A stretch of 64,000 bases of DNA, taken from contig JBFWRP010000002.1 in NCBI GenBank assembly GCA_050248855.1, positions 192,001-256,000 of the forward strand, read 5' to 3'. Positions within the stretch are counted from its first letter, which is position 1. Every line of letters starts with the position of its first letter. Under the pieces are notes generated by a model. It searched no databases. It was not told the origin of the DNA and saw only the letters and a program-made list of their open reading frames with translations. The stretch comes from Planctomycetota bacterium (GTDB lineage: Bacteria > Planctomycetota > PLA2 > JAEUHO01). This document shows positions 9,608-19,500 of this stretch, piece by piece. A program made the translations under genes and the position numbers.

Positions 9608-10183
9608 CTAGTCTCGGCGAAGGCGGGTGGTGACGTCCACGAACGAAGCCAGCATCGACCGGAGGCGTTCGCGGCGGTCCGGGTCGGCCAGGGCTCCGAC
9701 GTCGTCGAACGCGGTCTTGGCGCCACCGATGGCCAGCTGGTCGGGGACCACATGGACCCCGATGCCCGACAGGATCGCGCGGACGTGGACGAGGCCGCGC
9801 AGGCCCCCCAGCGCGCCGGGCGAGGTGGACAGCAGCAAGGCCGTCCGTCCGCGGAAGGCGGCCAGGGGCGCCTCGTCGCCTTCGCGCCGGCTCGCCCAGT
9901 CGATGGCGTTCTTCAACAGCGGCGTGATCGAGCCGTTGTACTCGGGACAGGCGAGCACCCAGCCGTCGTGTTCCTGCAGCGCGCGCTTGAGGGCCCGCGC
10001 CGGTTCGGGCAGGCCCTCGGCGGCTTCGAAGTCGCCGTCGTAGAGCGGCATCACCAGATGCGCCGGGTCTAGGTACGTCGTGTCCACACCGGCCGCGCGC
10101 AGGCGATCGCGTACGTGGCGGGCCAGCTTGGCGTTGTACGACGCGCGGCGAGCGCTCCCGCTCGTGACGAGGATGCGGACCAT
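9608..10183 (-). CDS. NADPH-dependent FMN reductase
   Basis: GSARRASYN, PEYNGSITPLLKNAIDWASR, SPGALGG. Confidence 0.93.
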   Translation of the reverse strand: MVRILVTSGSARRASYNAKLARHVRDRLRAAGVDTTYLDPAHLVMPLYDGDFEAAEGLPEPARALKRALQEHDGWVLACPEYNGSITPLLKNAIDWASRREGDEAPLAAFRGRTALLLSTSPGALGGLRGLVHVRAILSGIGVHVVPDQLAIGGAKTAFDDVGALADPDRRERLRSMLASFVDVTTRLRRD

Positions 10184-10214
10184 CGGGCTCCTTCGGCATG
10201 CGCGCGACTTGGCT

Positions 10215-11477
10215 TCACGCCGAGTCGATCGTGCCGCTCCAGCCTACGTAGGTTCCGAGCGGGTTGGCGACGTGGACGATGCGGCCGTCCGGGCTGGCCA
10301 TGGCCGAGATCTCGCCGTCCTGCGAGATGACGATGGCCACCGTGCCGGGCTGGCGCGCGCACAGCGTGGCCGCCGACTGGTGCCGCGTGCCGCGCGAGGC
10401 CAGGTCCCACGTGGCGGCGCGCTCCACGAGCTCGGGGGCCGCGTCCAGCGGTGCATCCACGGCGCGGCACGGAGGCAAGTGCACGCCGTGGATCTTGCCG
10501 CCGAAGCCCCGGCAGAGCAGGCGCGCATCGAAGACGAGGCAGCCGTCGACCGAGCCCATGCGCGCGAGGGACAACGCGTCGTGCAGGTCCTTGCGCGCGA
10601 CCGTGGGCTCGGGAACGCTGCGCCCCTGCGCCTCGGAGAGCCGCCGGGTGAGCCGTCGCGCCAGCTCCGGGCCCCGCGTCTCGTAGCCCAGGCGCACGAG
10701 CGGCGGCACCTCGCTCGCGTCGCGCGGCAGGATCACCACGCACCCGCCGCGACCCGCATCGCGAATGCCGGCGATCACGGCGCCGAGCGCCACACCGAGC
10801 ACGCTCTGGTACTCCTCGTCCAGCATGGCCTGCTCGAGCACGTCCACGCCCAGGCCGAGCTCGCGTGCACGCAGCTCGAGGGCGGTGCGACACACCTCGC
10901 GGAACAAGGCTGCGTGGCTCACGTCGTGCACGCGGCGGACGACGTCGCCGCGCCACTCGATGATGGGGTGCGACGGCCCCGACAGGGTGAGCCGGCCCGG
11001 TCCCTGGACGGCCAGGTAGAGGCCGACCGAGGGTCGGAACGACTGGACACGAAGGCGCTCCACGATGCCCGTGCCGATGCAGATCAGCTCGCCACCGCGC
11101 TGCGCCACGAACAGCGCATGGGGCCGCTGGGGCACGACCCGGGCGAGGCGGCGCACGCGCTCGGGCGTGAGCGTGAGCGGCTCGGCGAAGCGGATGGACA
11201 GCGTGCCCGAGCGGTCGTGCACGGCACGCGGGTCCGGGACGTAGAGCAGGGGCGTGGGGAAGCGGCCTTCCTCGGGCTCGAGGCTCGCGGTGAAGGCAAC
11301 CTCGACCAGGTCCTGGAGCGCGGCGCGGTCCAGCGGCAGCGTGGCCCCGTTCGTCTCGGTGACGAACCGGGCCACGAAGGGGCCACCATGGATGGGCTTG
11401 CGATCGCCACGCACGCGCGCGCATCGTACCCCCCCTGGTCCAGCCGACCCGCCGAGCTCGTGGTGCGGTTCGGACAC
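10215..11477 (-). CDS. DACNV-like sensor domain plus DisA_N diadenylate-cyclase-like domain (start uncertain)
   Basis: N-terminal AFTASLEPEEGR; C-terminal SVDGCLV (DGA-like), GTRHQSA (RHR-like), AIVISQDG. Confidence 0.72.
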   Translation of the reverse strand: MSEPHHELGGSAGPGGVRCARVRGDRKPIHGGPFVARFVTETNGATLPLDRAALQDLVEVAFTASLEPEEGRFPTPLLYVPDPRAVHDRSGTLSIRFAEPLTLTPERVRRLARVVPQRPHALFVAQRGGELICIGTGIVERLRVQSFRPSVGLYLAVQGPGRLTLSGPSHPIIEWRGDVVRRVHDVSHAALFREVCRTALELRARELGLGVDVLEQAMLDEEYQSVLGVALGAVIAGIRDAGRGGCVVILPRDASEVPPLVRLGYETRGPELARRLTRRLSEAQGRSVPEPTVARKDLHDALSLARMGSVDGCLVFDARLLCRGFGGKIHGVHLPPCRAVDAPLDAAPELVERAATWDLASRGTRHQSAATLCARQPGTVAIVISQDGEISAMASPDGRIVHVANPLGTYVGWSGTIDSA

Positions 11478-11581
11478 GCATCCCCCGCGCTCCTCGTTTC
11501 CGTACGCCTCGCTGGGGGTGAACGCTTCCTGCTTCGCTTGGGGGAGGAGGGTGCGAGGGGCATGCTGGCCCTGCTGCTCGC

Positions 11582-12346
11582 ATGGATGCCCCGACCGCCC
11601 CCCTCGAGTGCCTGCCCGGGAGGCCCTGCGACGTCACGGTGCTCACGTGGAACATGCACAAGGGGCGCGACGCCAAGCGCCGGCCGGTGGAGCTCGGGCG
11701 GCTCGCCGAGGCCCTGGCGGGGGTCGAGGCCGACGTGCTCCTGCTCCAGGAGGTGTTCCATGCGTGGACGGGCGTGTCCCAGTCGGCCGAGCTCGCGCGG
11801 CGGCTGGACATGCATGCCGCCTACGTCCCGAACGCGCGCTACGCCCGGGGCCACCATGGCAACGCCACCTTGGCCCGCAACGCGTTGCCACTGGTGCGTC
11901 ACCGCGACATCTCGACCAACGCCTACGAACACCGCGGGCTCCTGCACGTGCATCTCGAGCTGCCTGGACGACCCCACGTCCACGTGATGAACACGCATCT
12001 GGGGCTCAATGCCGTGCAGCGCCGTCGTCAGGTCCACGGCATCGCGCGCTTCGTGGCCGACCACGTGCCCGCCGGCGAGCCCTGGCTGCTCGGCGGCGAC
12101 TTCAACGACTGGACCATGCGGCTGGACGCCCACGTCTGTCGGCGTCTCGATGCGCAGAACCTGCTGGCCGGACATGGCTGGCGCGCGCGCTGCACGTATC
12201 CGGTACGGCGACCGTGGCTGCCGCTGGACCGCCTCTACGCCCACCGGCTCGCCGTCCAGGAAGCGCGCGTGCTGCGCGGCGAGCCGTGGACGGCCCTCAG
12301 CGACCATCTGCCCCTCATGGCGCGCCTGACGTGGCCGGCGGGGTAA
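11582..12346 (+). CDS. Endonuclease/exonuclease/phosphatase family protein (YbhP-like)
   Basis: TWNMHKG, LQEV, THLGL, GDFND, SDHLP. Confidence 0.92.
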   Translation: MDAPTAPLECLPGRPCDVTVLTWNMHKGRDAKRRPVELGRLAEALAGVEADVLLLQEVFHAWTGVSQSAELARRLDMHAAYVPNARYARGHHGNATLARNALPLVRHRDISTNAYEHRGLLHVHLELPGRPHVHVMNTHLGLNAVQRRRQVHGIARFVADHVPAGEPWLLGGDFNDWTMRLDAHVCRRLDAQNLLAGHGWRARCTYPVRRPWLPLDRLYAHRLAVQEARVLRGEPWTALSDHLPLMARLTWPAG

Positions 12347-12354
12347 GCGTTCAG

Positions 12355-12550
12355 CCCCTGGCGTGCGGACGGGCGGCTCGCCAGATGCTCGGTCCCGCAC
12401 CCGCATCGGCTCCTCGTGCAGCCGACGCGACTGAACCTCGTTCCGCGCTACCGCGCGGATTCGGTGCTCCGGCTTCGCCTGCGCAGCAGGGGGGCTATTC
12501 CGTACCCCCCCTGCACCCCTCACGGGGCCCTGGCGACCCGATGTGTGGCG
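12355..12550 (-). repeat. Dispersed structured repeat, copy D (reverse strand, rearranged centre)
   Basis: Reverse complement reads CACATCGGGTCGCCAGGG...CGAGGAGCCGATGCGGGTGCGGGACCGAGCATCTGGCGAGCCGCCCGT, matching both ends of the copies at 37103 and 46731. Confidence 0.85.
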
Positions 12551-12656
12551 GTCGCGCTCCGCTCCGCGCGGCGTCTGCGCACCCCTGACGGATGGTTCTC
12601 GGGGTAGCTGAATGGGTACCCGACGTGAAACCCGTCCCGCTGCGTAGAGTGCCCCG

Positions 12657-13031
12657 ATGCCCGCCGCCTCCGCCACTTCCACCGCTTCCCGTCGCGTCCC
12701 GGTGCTGATCGCCGCGCTGCTCTTGGGGCTCATGGCCTTCGTGCTCGTGCAGATGCTGGCCCACACGGGGCCGGACGAAGGCCCGACGCCCGCGCGCCGC
12801 GTGGACGAGCACCTCGCGCGGCTCGCCCGCGAGGAGCCGCGCCTGTTCGGCGGCCTCGTGAGGCGCGACGACGACCTGACCGTGGCCGCGCGCATCGACC
12901 CGGCCCGGTGGACCGACGCCCAGCGCGCCCTCCAGCGCGAGCGCGCCGCCCGGGTGCTTGCCACGGCGCCCCCGGACTTGGTGGACGCCCTCGTGGCGCT
13001 CACGCGCCGCGCGACGGAAGCCGGCAAGTAG
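12657..13031 (+). CDS. Hypothetical membrane-anchored protein
   Basis: One TM (VLIAALLLGLMAFVLVQML); ends 46 bp before the next gene. Confidence 0.6.
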   Translation: MPAASATSTASRRVPVLIAALLLGLMAFVLVQMLAHTGPDEGPTPARRVDEHLARLAREEPRLFGGLVRRDDDLTVAARIDPARWTDAQRALQRERAARVLATAPPDLVDALVALTRRATEAGK

Positions 13032-13076
13032 GGGCGTACCATGGCGCACTGCCTCGTCCCCCTCCCGGAGGTCTCC

Positions 13077-13898
13077 ATGCCCACGTCCCTCGTTCGCGTC
13101 GCCCTGCTCGTGGTCGGTGCGCTGTTGTTCGTCCAGCCCGCCGCCCATGGCGAGGACCCCGTGGCGCTCGACGACCACGGCGAGCTCGTCTCGTACCGAC
13201 ACGGCGATGTCGAGCTGCAGGGCTGGCTCCAGCGCCCGGATGACGCCGACGCGGGCGCACGCCTGCCGGCAGTCCTCGTGGTGCATGCGTGGCGCGGCCA
13301 CGGCGGGTTCGTGCGCAAGGTGGCGCAGCGGCTGGCTCGCGATGGCTACGTCGCGTTCGCGCTCGACATGTATGGCAAGGACGTGTACGCCAAGGACAAC
13401 GAGGAAGCCGCCAAGCTCGCGAGCCCGTTCTACGCCGATCCCGCCCTCATGCGCGCTCGCGCCCGCGCGGGGCTGGAGATCCTGCGCAACCGCCCCGAGG
13501 TCGATCCGGGCCGCGTCGCGGCGGTGGGTTTCTGCTTCGGCGGGACCACCGTGCTCGAGATGGCGCGCGACGGCGCGCCGCTCGCCGGCGTCGTCAGCTT
13601 CCACGGCGGCCTCGAGACGAAGGCCCGTGCCGAGGCCGGCGCCGTCAAGGCCCGCGTGCTCGTCTGCCACGGCGGCGACGATCCGTGGGTGCCCGCCGAC
13701 CAGGTGATGGCGCTCTGGAAGGAGCTGCGCGCGGCCAAGGTCGACTACCAGATCCTGGTCCTCTCCGGCGCCGTGCACGCCTTCACCGACCCCGAGGCGG
13801 GCGACGACCCGTCGAAGGGAGCCGCCTACGATGCGGTCGCGGCGCACCGCGCGTGGGACGCGGCCGACCGCTTCCTCGCCGAGTCGCTCGAAGGCTGA
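13077..13898 (+). CDS. Dienelactone hydrolase family protein, exported
   Basis: GFCFGG nucleophile elbow, SFHGGL, HGGDDP, HAFT; GGAG before ATG 13077. Confidence 0.92.
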   Translation: MPTSLVRVALLVVGALLFVQPAAHGEDPVALDDHGELVSYRHGDVELQGWLQRPDDADAGARLPAVLVVHAWRGHGGFVRKVAQRLARDGYVAFALDMYGKDVYAKDNEEAAKLASPFYADPALMRARARAGLEILRNRPEVDPGRVAAVGFCFGGTTVLEMARDGAPLAGVVSFHGGLETKARAEAGAVKARVLVCHGGDDPWVPADQVMALWKELRAAKVDYQILVLSGAVHAFTDPEAGDDPSKGAAYDAVAAHRAWDAADRFLAESLEG

Positions 13899-13920
13899 GT
13901 CGGGCCCCGGCGCATCTTCG

Positions 13921-14193
13921 CCGTGGACCCGCTGACCCCTGGACTTGCTGACACCGTGGACAACCGTTCACCTTCCCCGACAACCCGCCAGGGATGGGCG
14001 CCTGTTCTCCACTCGAAGAGGAGCACCTTCGCCACGCATCGGGTCGTCAGGGCGAAGGCGCCAGCAAGCCATCCGCGACGACTCGTGGTCTGTTCACTCG
14101 AGGAGCGGATGGCGCCGCTGCCGCCGAGCATCTGGCGGGCCGTCCAGACGCACCCGAGAAGATAGGCGACCCCAACCGTGGACCCGCTGACCC
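13921..14193 (+). repeat. 18-bp exact direct repeat (13921-13938 and 14176-14193) enclosing repeat copy A
   Basis: CCGTGGACCCGCTGACCC occurs twice; the second copy contains the GTG start of the downstream gene. Confidence 0.9.
14031..14143 (+). repeat. Dispersed structured repeat, copy A
   Basis: Core GCGACGACTCGTGGTCTGTTCACTCGAGGAGC (14075-14106) is identical to copies B and C. Confidence 0.92.
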
Positions 14194-15278
14194 AAGGGTT
14201 GCTGGGCGCCGTGGCGGCGCAGGCGGTGCTGGCTGGCGACCGCTCGCTGCCGCGTGTGGAGCGGCGCACACCCGTCACCGTGGCCGGGTTGGCCGGTGGG
14301 CTGCTGCCCGATGCCGACGTGGCGTTGCAGCGGTTCGCCGATCCCGCGCTGCCGTGGGAGCTGCACCGCCACTTCACGCACGCGCTCGTCATGGCGCCGG
14401 TGATGGGCGCGCTGGCCGCCGCGTTGCTCCTCCTGCTACGTCCGCGCTGGCGCTCGCGCCCCAGGCTCGTCCTCGGTGCCGCCGTACTCGGTGCGCTCAC
14501 ACACGCCCCACTGGACCTGTGCACGTCCTACGGCACGAAGATCCTGTGGCCCTTCTCGCTGGCGAACCTCACGTTGGACCTGTTCCCCATCGTGGACCCG
14601 CTCTTCACGCTCGTCCTGCTGGTGGGCACCGTCGTGGCGTGGCGGCGCGGGCGTCGCTCGCTCCGGCCCGTCGGCACGTTCCTGCTGCTTTACGTGGTCT
14701 TCGCGCTCGTCCAGCAGCACGGCGCACGGGAGGCCCAGGCGGCCCTGGCCCACGCACGCGGCGAGGCGCCGACCCGCTCGCGTGTGATGCCCCTGCCGGG
14801 CAGTCTCCTGCTCTGGCGCTCGGTGATGGAGGTCGATGACACGATCGTGGCGGACGTCGTCCGTCCCGTACCGCTCGGCGACACGCGCGGCGTGGCGGGG
14901 GGACGTCGCGCGCGCTTGGACCTCGACGTATGGGCCGCCGAGGGACGCGCGCGGGACCGTGACCGCTTGTTGGACGTCGGTCGGCGGTTTTCGACCTTCG
15001 CCGACGGCTACGTGACGGCGGGGACGACGCCTGCCGTGCTGGTCGATGCGCGATTTGCGCTCGGCGCCGGCTTCGAGGCGCTCTGGGGTGTCGAGGCGCA
15101 CCGCGACGAAGGTCCCGCCGTCACATGGTGGATGGAGGGCGCGGCCTGGGACGCAGAGCGCGCGGGAACCCTGCTCGCGTGGATCGCCGGTCGCCACGCG
15201 GACCTGCGATCGCTGGAGGCTGTCGCCGCGGTGGGCACACCGTCGCCGTCGCAGGGCAACGCCCCGGCCTCCCGGTAG
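14178..15278 (+). CDS. Inner-membrane metal-dependent hydrolase (YdjM-like)
   Basis: MDPLTQGLLG, LPDAD, HRHFTH, THAPLDLCTSYGT, IVDP. Confidence 0.9.
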   Translation: MDPLTQGLLGAVAAQAVLAGDRSLPRVERRTPVTVAGLAGGLLPDADVALQRFADPALPWELHRHFTHALVMAPVMGALAAALLLLLRPRWRSRPRLVLGAAVLGALTHAPLDLCTSYGTKILWPFSLANLTLDLFPIVDPLFTLVLLVGTVVAWRRGRRSLRPVGTFLLLYVVFALVQQHGAREAQAALAHARGEAPTRSRVMPLPGSLLLWRSVMEVDDTIVADVVRPVPLGDTRGVAGGRRARLDLDVWAAEGRARDRDRLLDVGRRFSTFADGYVTAGTTPAVLVDARFALGAGFEALWGVEAHRDEGPAVTWWMEGAAWDAERAGTLLAWIAGRHADLRSLEAVAAVGTPSPSQGNAPASR

Positions 15279-15325
15279 GGTGCCAGCCGGCTACGGATGG
15301 ACCCCGAGGTCCCCGCGGAGGTTCC

Positions 15326-16576
15326 ATGTCCCGACGTCTTGCCACCTCCTTCGCCTGGGCGGGCGTCCTCGCCGCCGGCCTCCTGACCGGCCGCGGCGTG
15401 TCCCACGCCGAGCCGCCTGCGACCCCCGTCGTCGTCGCCCCGGTCCAGGAGGTGCCCGTCGGCACGGACCGCTCGTACGTGGGCACGATCCGCGCCGATC
15501 GCCGCGGCATGGCCGGCGTCGAGATCGCGGGCTACGTGGAGTGGGTCGACATCCCCGAAGGCGTGGCGGTCGAGGCCGAGCACGTCCTGGCCCGCCTGCG
15601 CCAGGACAGCCTCGTGCCGCGCATCGCGGAGGCCGCAGCCGAGCTGGAGCTCCGCCAGCAGGAGCTCGCCGAGCTGGAAGCGGGGGCCCGACCCGAGGAG
15701 ATCGAGCAGGCCGAGGCCGAGCTGCTGTCGGCGCGCGCCGATCTCGACACCTACGCATGGAAGCTCGAGGCCACCGAGCGCCTCCGCGAGCAGACCCGTG
15801 TCACGGAAGAGGAGCTGCGCGAGGCCCGTCGCATGGTCGAGACGACGCGGGCCCGCATTCGTCAGCTCGAGGCCGCGCTTGCGCTGCTGCGCGCGGGCCC
15901 GCGCGCCGAGCGCAAGGCGCAGGCCCGCGCGCGCGTCGCGGCGCAGGAGGCTGTCGTGGCGCGTCTCGAGGACGAGAAGCGTCGCCACGAGATCGTGGCT
16001 CCCTTCCCCGGCACCATCCTGCGCCGGCTCGTGGAGGCGGGCAGCTGGGTGGCTCCGGGCCAGGCCGTGGCCGAGCTCGTCGACATGACCCACCTCGATG
16101 TCGAAGTACCGGTGCTCGAAGACGACCTCCCCCGCCTGCGCGAGGGACTCGAGGTCACGGTCGAAGTCGACGCGCTTCCCGGCCGCCTCGTCACCGGCAC
16201 GATCCACCGCCTGATGCCCGTCGTGGACCCCAAGGCGCGCACGCTGCCCGTACGCGTCCGCCTGCCGGGGCGCGAGGACGAGCGCGGCAAGCTGCTGCGG
16301 CCCGGCATGTTCTGCCGCGTCCACTTCGCCTCGGGGCCCGAGCGCCTGGCGCTCGTCGTGCCCAAGGACGCCATCGTGCTCGGGCAGCGCGATCCTTTCG
16401 TCTACGTCGTGGACGCGGCAAGCTCCACCGTGCGACCCGTCTCCGTCCGCCTGGGCGTGGCCGTGGGTGACGACATCGAGGTGCAGGGGCCGCTGGCCGC
16501 AGGTGCCCAGGTCGTCGTGCGCGGCAACGAGCGCCTGCGTCCCGGCATGCCCGTCCGCGCGGAGTCGGCTCGATGA
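15326..16576 (+). CDS. RND efflux periplasmic adaptor
   Basis: GGAGG before ATG 15326; GARPEEI hairpin, IVAPFPG, LRPGMF, VPKDA. Confidence 0.9.
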   Translation: MSRRLATSFAWAGVLAAGLLTGRGVSHAEPPATPVVVAPVQEVPVGTDRSYVGTIRADRRGMAGVEIAGYVEWVDIPEGVAVEAEHVLARLRQDSLVPRIAEAAAELELRQQELAELEAGARPEEIEQAEAELLSARADLDTYAWKLEATERLREQTRVTEEELREARRMVETTRARIRQLEAALALLRAGPRAERKAQARARVAAQEAVVARLEDEKRRHEIVAPFPGTILRRLVEAGSWVAPGQAVAELVDMTHLDVEVPVLEDDLPRLREGLEVTVEVDALPGRLVTGTIHRLMPVVDPKARTLPVRVRLPGREDERGKLLRPGMFCRVHFASGPERLALVVPKDAIVLGQRDPFVYVVDAASSTVRPVSVRLGVAVGDDIEVQGPLAAGAQVVVRGNERLRPGMPVRAESAR

Positions 16577-19500
16577 ATCTCGTCGCCAGCTTCGTGCGCA
16601 ACCCCGTCAAGGTCACGGTGGGGGCGCTCCTGCTCGCCCTCTTCGGCGCGATCGCGTTGAGCCGCATGCCCATGCAGCTCGTGCCGGAGGTGCAGACGCC
16701 GGTCATCACGATCGAGACGACGTGGCCCGGTGCAAGCCCCCAGGAGATCGAGCGCGAGATCGTCCAGGAGCAGGAAGAGCAGCTGAAGGGCGTCGAGGGC
16801 GTCACCAAGATGTCCGCCGAGTGCATGGACTCCAAGGCCACGATCACGCTCGAGTTCGCAGCGGGCGAGGACATGTCCGCGGCGCTCCTGCGCGTCAACA
16901 CGCGCCTGCAGCAGGTGCGCGAGTACCCCGAGAACGCCGACCAGCCCGTCTTGAGCTCGGCCAGCTCCAACGACCAGCCGATCGCCTGGTTCATCCTCCG
17001 CCCGCGCCTGCCCACGCAGGACGAGCTGGCCGCGTTCCAGGACGCCAACCCCGAGCTGCGGGAGGCGCTCGACCCGGCCCGCCGTGCCATCTCCACGGGC
17101 ATGCTCCACAGCCGCCTGATCGAGGCCGCCGCGAAGCACGAGGCGCTGCGCCAGCTGCTGCCCCCGGACATCGAGCTGTCCAAGGAGCGACGCTTCGCCG
17201 AGGACGAGATCGAGGCGCGCTTCGAGCGCGTCGGCGGCGTGTCCAACAGCGACGTGCTCGGCGGCCGCGAGGACGAGCTGCAGATCCTCATCGACCCGCA
17301 GCGCCTGGCCGCACGCGGCGTGACCATCCTCGACGTGCGGCGGGCGCTGGCCGCGCGCAACACCGACGTCTCGGCCGGCGACTACTGGGAGGGCAAGCGC
17401 CGCTACGTCGTGCGCACCCTGGGCCGCTTCAAGAACCCGCCGGACGTCGCTTCCACCGTGATCTTGGAGGACGGCCCGGCGGGCCAGGTCCTGCTCTCCG
17501 ACGTCGCCGAGGTCAAGACGGACTACAAGAAGCCCGACGGCGTGGTGCGCAACATGGGCACGGAAGTGCTCGCCATTCGCGTCATCCGCAACCGTTCCGC
17601 CAACGTGTTGGAGGTCATGGAGGGCCTCTACGCGGCGCGCCAGGAGCTCAACGAGGGCGTGCTCAAGACGCGCGGACTCCAGCTGGACCAGGTCTACGAC
17701 GAGACGGAGTACATCCACTCCTCCGTGGGGTTGCTCCAAGACAACATCCTGCTGGCCGCCGTCCTCACCGTCATCGTGCTGCTCGTGTTCCTGCGCAGCG
17801 CCCGCAGCACCCTGGTCATTGCCCTCGCCATTCCCACGAGCCTGATCGGCACGTTCCTCCTGCTCGACCTGATGGGGCGCTCGCTCAACGTCGTCAGCCT
17901 GGCGGGCTTGGCCTTCGCCGTGGGCATGCTCGTGGACAACGCGGTGGTCGTCCTGGAGAACATCTACCGCCGTTACCAGATGGGCTCCCGCCGCTTCGCC
18001 GCGGCGGTGGACGGCACGCGCGAGGTGTGGGGCGCCGTCGTGTCGTCCACCCTGACCACGCTGGCCGTCTTCATCCCGATCCTGTTCATCGAGGAGGAGG
18101 CCGGTCAGCTCTTCCGCGACATCGCCCTGGCCATCAGCTGCTCGGTGGGCCTGTCGCTGATCGTGTCCGTGACACTGATCCCGATGCTCACGGCGCGCAT
18201 CCTCCCCACCCAGGCGAAGCGCGAGCAGCAGGGCAAGGGCTTCCTCGAGGTGGTCTTCAAGCCGCTTGATCCCCTCGCCCGGGGCTTCGTGGGCGGTGTC
18301 GTCGGCATCCACGCCTGGCTCGAGCGGGGCGTGCTGCGCCAGCTGGCCGTCGTGGTCGCCCTCGTGGCGGGCGCGTGGTTCACGAGCACGGCGCTGATGC
18401 CCAAGCTCGAGTACCTGCCCAACGGCAACCGCAACCTGGTCTTCGGCATCGTGCTGCCACCACCCGGCTACAATCTGGACGAGCTGGTGGCGCTCGGCGA
18501 GACGATCGAGAAGCAGGTCGCTCCCCTCTGGAACGTGGAGCCCGGCAGCGACGAGGCGAAGAAGCTCGACGGACCGCCGCTGAACCACTTCTTCTTCGTC
18601 GCGCGCGGTCGCCAGGTGTTCATCGGCATGCGCGCCCACGACCCGCTGCGGGCGGGGGGCTTGGTGCCGGTCATGCAGCGCATCGGGGCCACCCTGCCGG
18701 GCACGTTCCTCGTGGCGAGCCAAGCCAGCCTGTTCGAGCGAGGCCTGACGGGTGGACGCTCCATCGACGTCGAGATCACGGGGCCGCAGCTGGAGCACTT
18801 GGTCGCGGTCGGCGGCCAGGCGCTGGGCAAGGTCTTCGGCTTGATCCCCGGTGTCCAGGCGCGGCCCGTACCGAGCCTGGATCTCTCCAACCCCGAGGTC
18901 CACGTGGTGCCGCGCTGGTCGCGGGCGGCCGCCGTGGGCCTGGGCGCCGACGAGATCGGCTACACCGTGAACGCGCTGGTCGATGGCGCGTACGCGGGCG
19001 ATTACCTGGTCGAAGGCGAGAAGATCGACATGACCATCGTGGGCCGCGAGACGTTCGCCTCGCGCCTGGAGGACCTTGGCGAGCTGGCGATTGCCACGCC
19101 CACGGGCGACCTCGTCCCGCTGCGCGCCGTGGCCGACGTGCAGCTTGCGTCCGGCCCCGAGCAGATCGATCGCCGCGAGCGCGAGCGGGCCATCACGATC
19201 CGCATCACGCCGCCGGAGACCGTGCCGCTCGAGGAGGCGATCGAGATGGTCACGGAGTCCATCGTGAAGCCGCTGGAGGCGACGCCGGTCGAGCAGGGCG
19301 GCATCCAAGGTGGTCCGTACCAGATCCGCCTGGCCGGCACCGCCGACAAGCTCTCTGCCACCTGGAAGGCCATGTCCTTCAACCTGATCCTGGCGGTCCT
19401 GATCACCTACTTGCTGATGGCCGCGCTCTTCGAGAGCTGGCTCCACCCGTTCGTCATCCTGTTCAGCGTGCCGCTCGGCGCCGCGGGTGGCATCGCCGGA

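Noticed and set aside
14031..14143. Copy A as a riboswitch for the YdjM-like gene
   Set aside because: Other copies lie between convergent genes or antisense to the downstream gene, and no known aptamer consensus was recognised.
13923..14165. 80-aa ORF MDPLTPGL... and similar small ORFs over repeat copies (VVCSLEE)
   Set aside because: The shared peptide is explained by the DNA repeat; substitutions preserve base pairing rather than codons.
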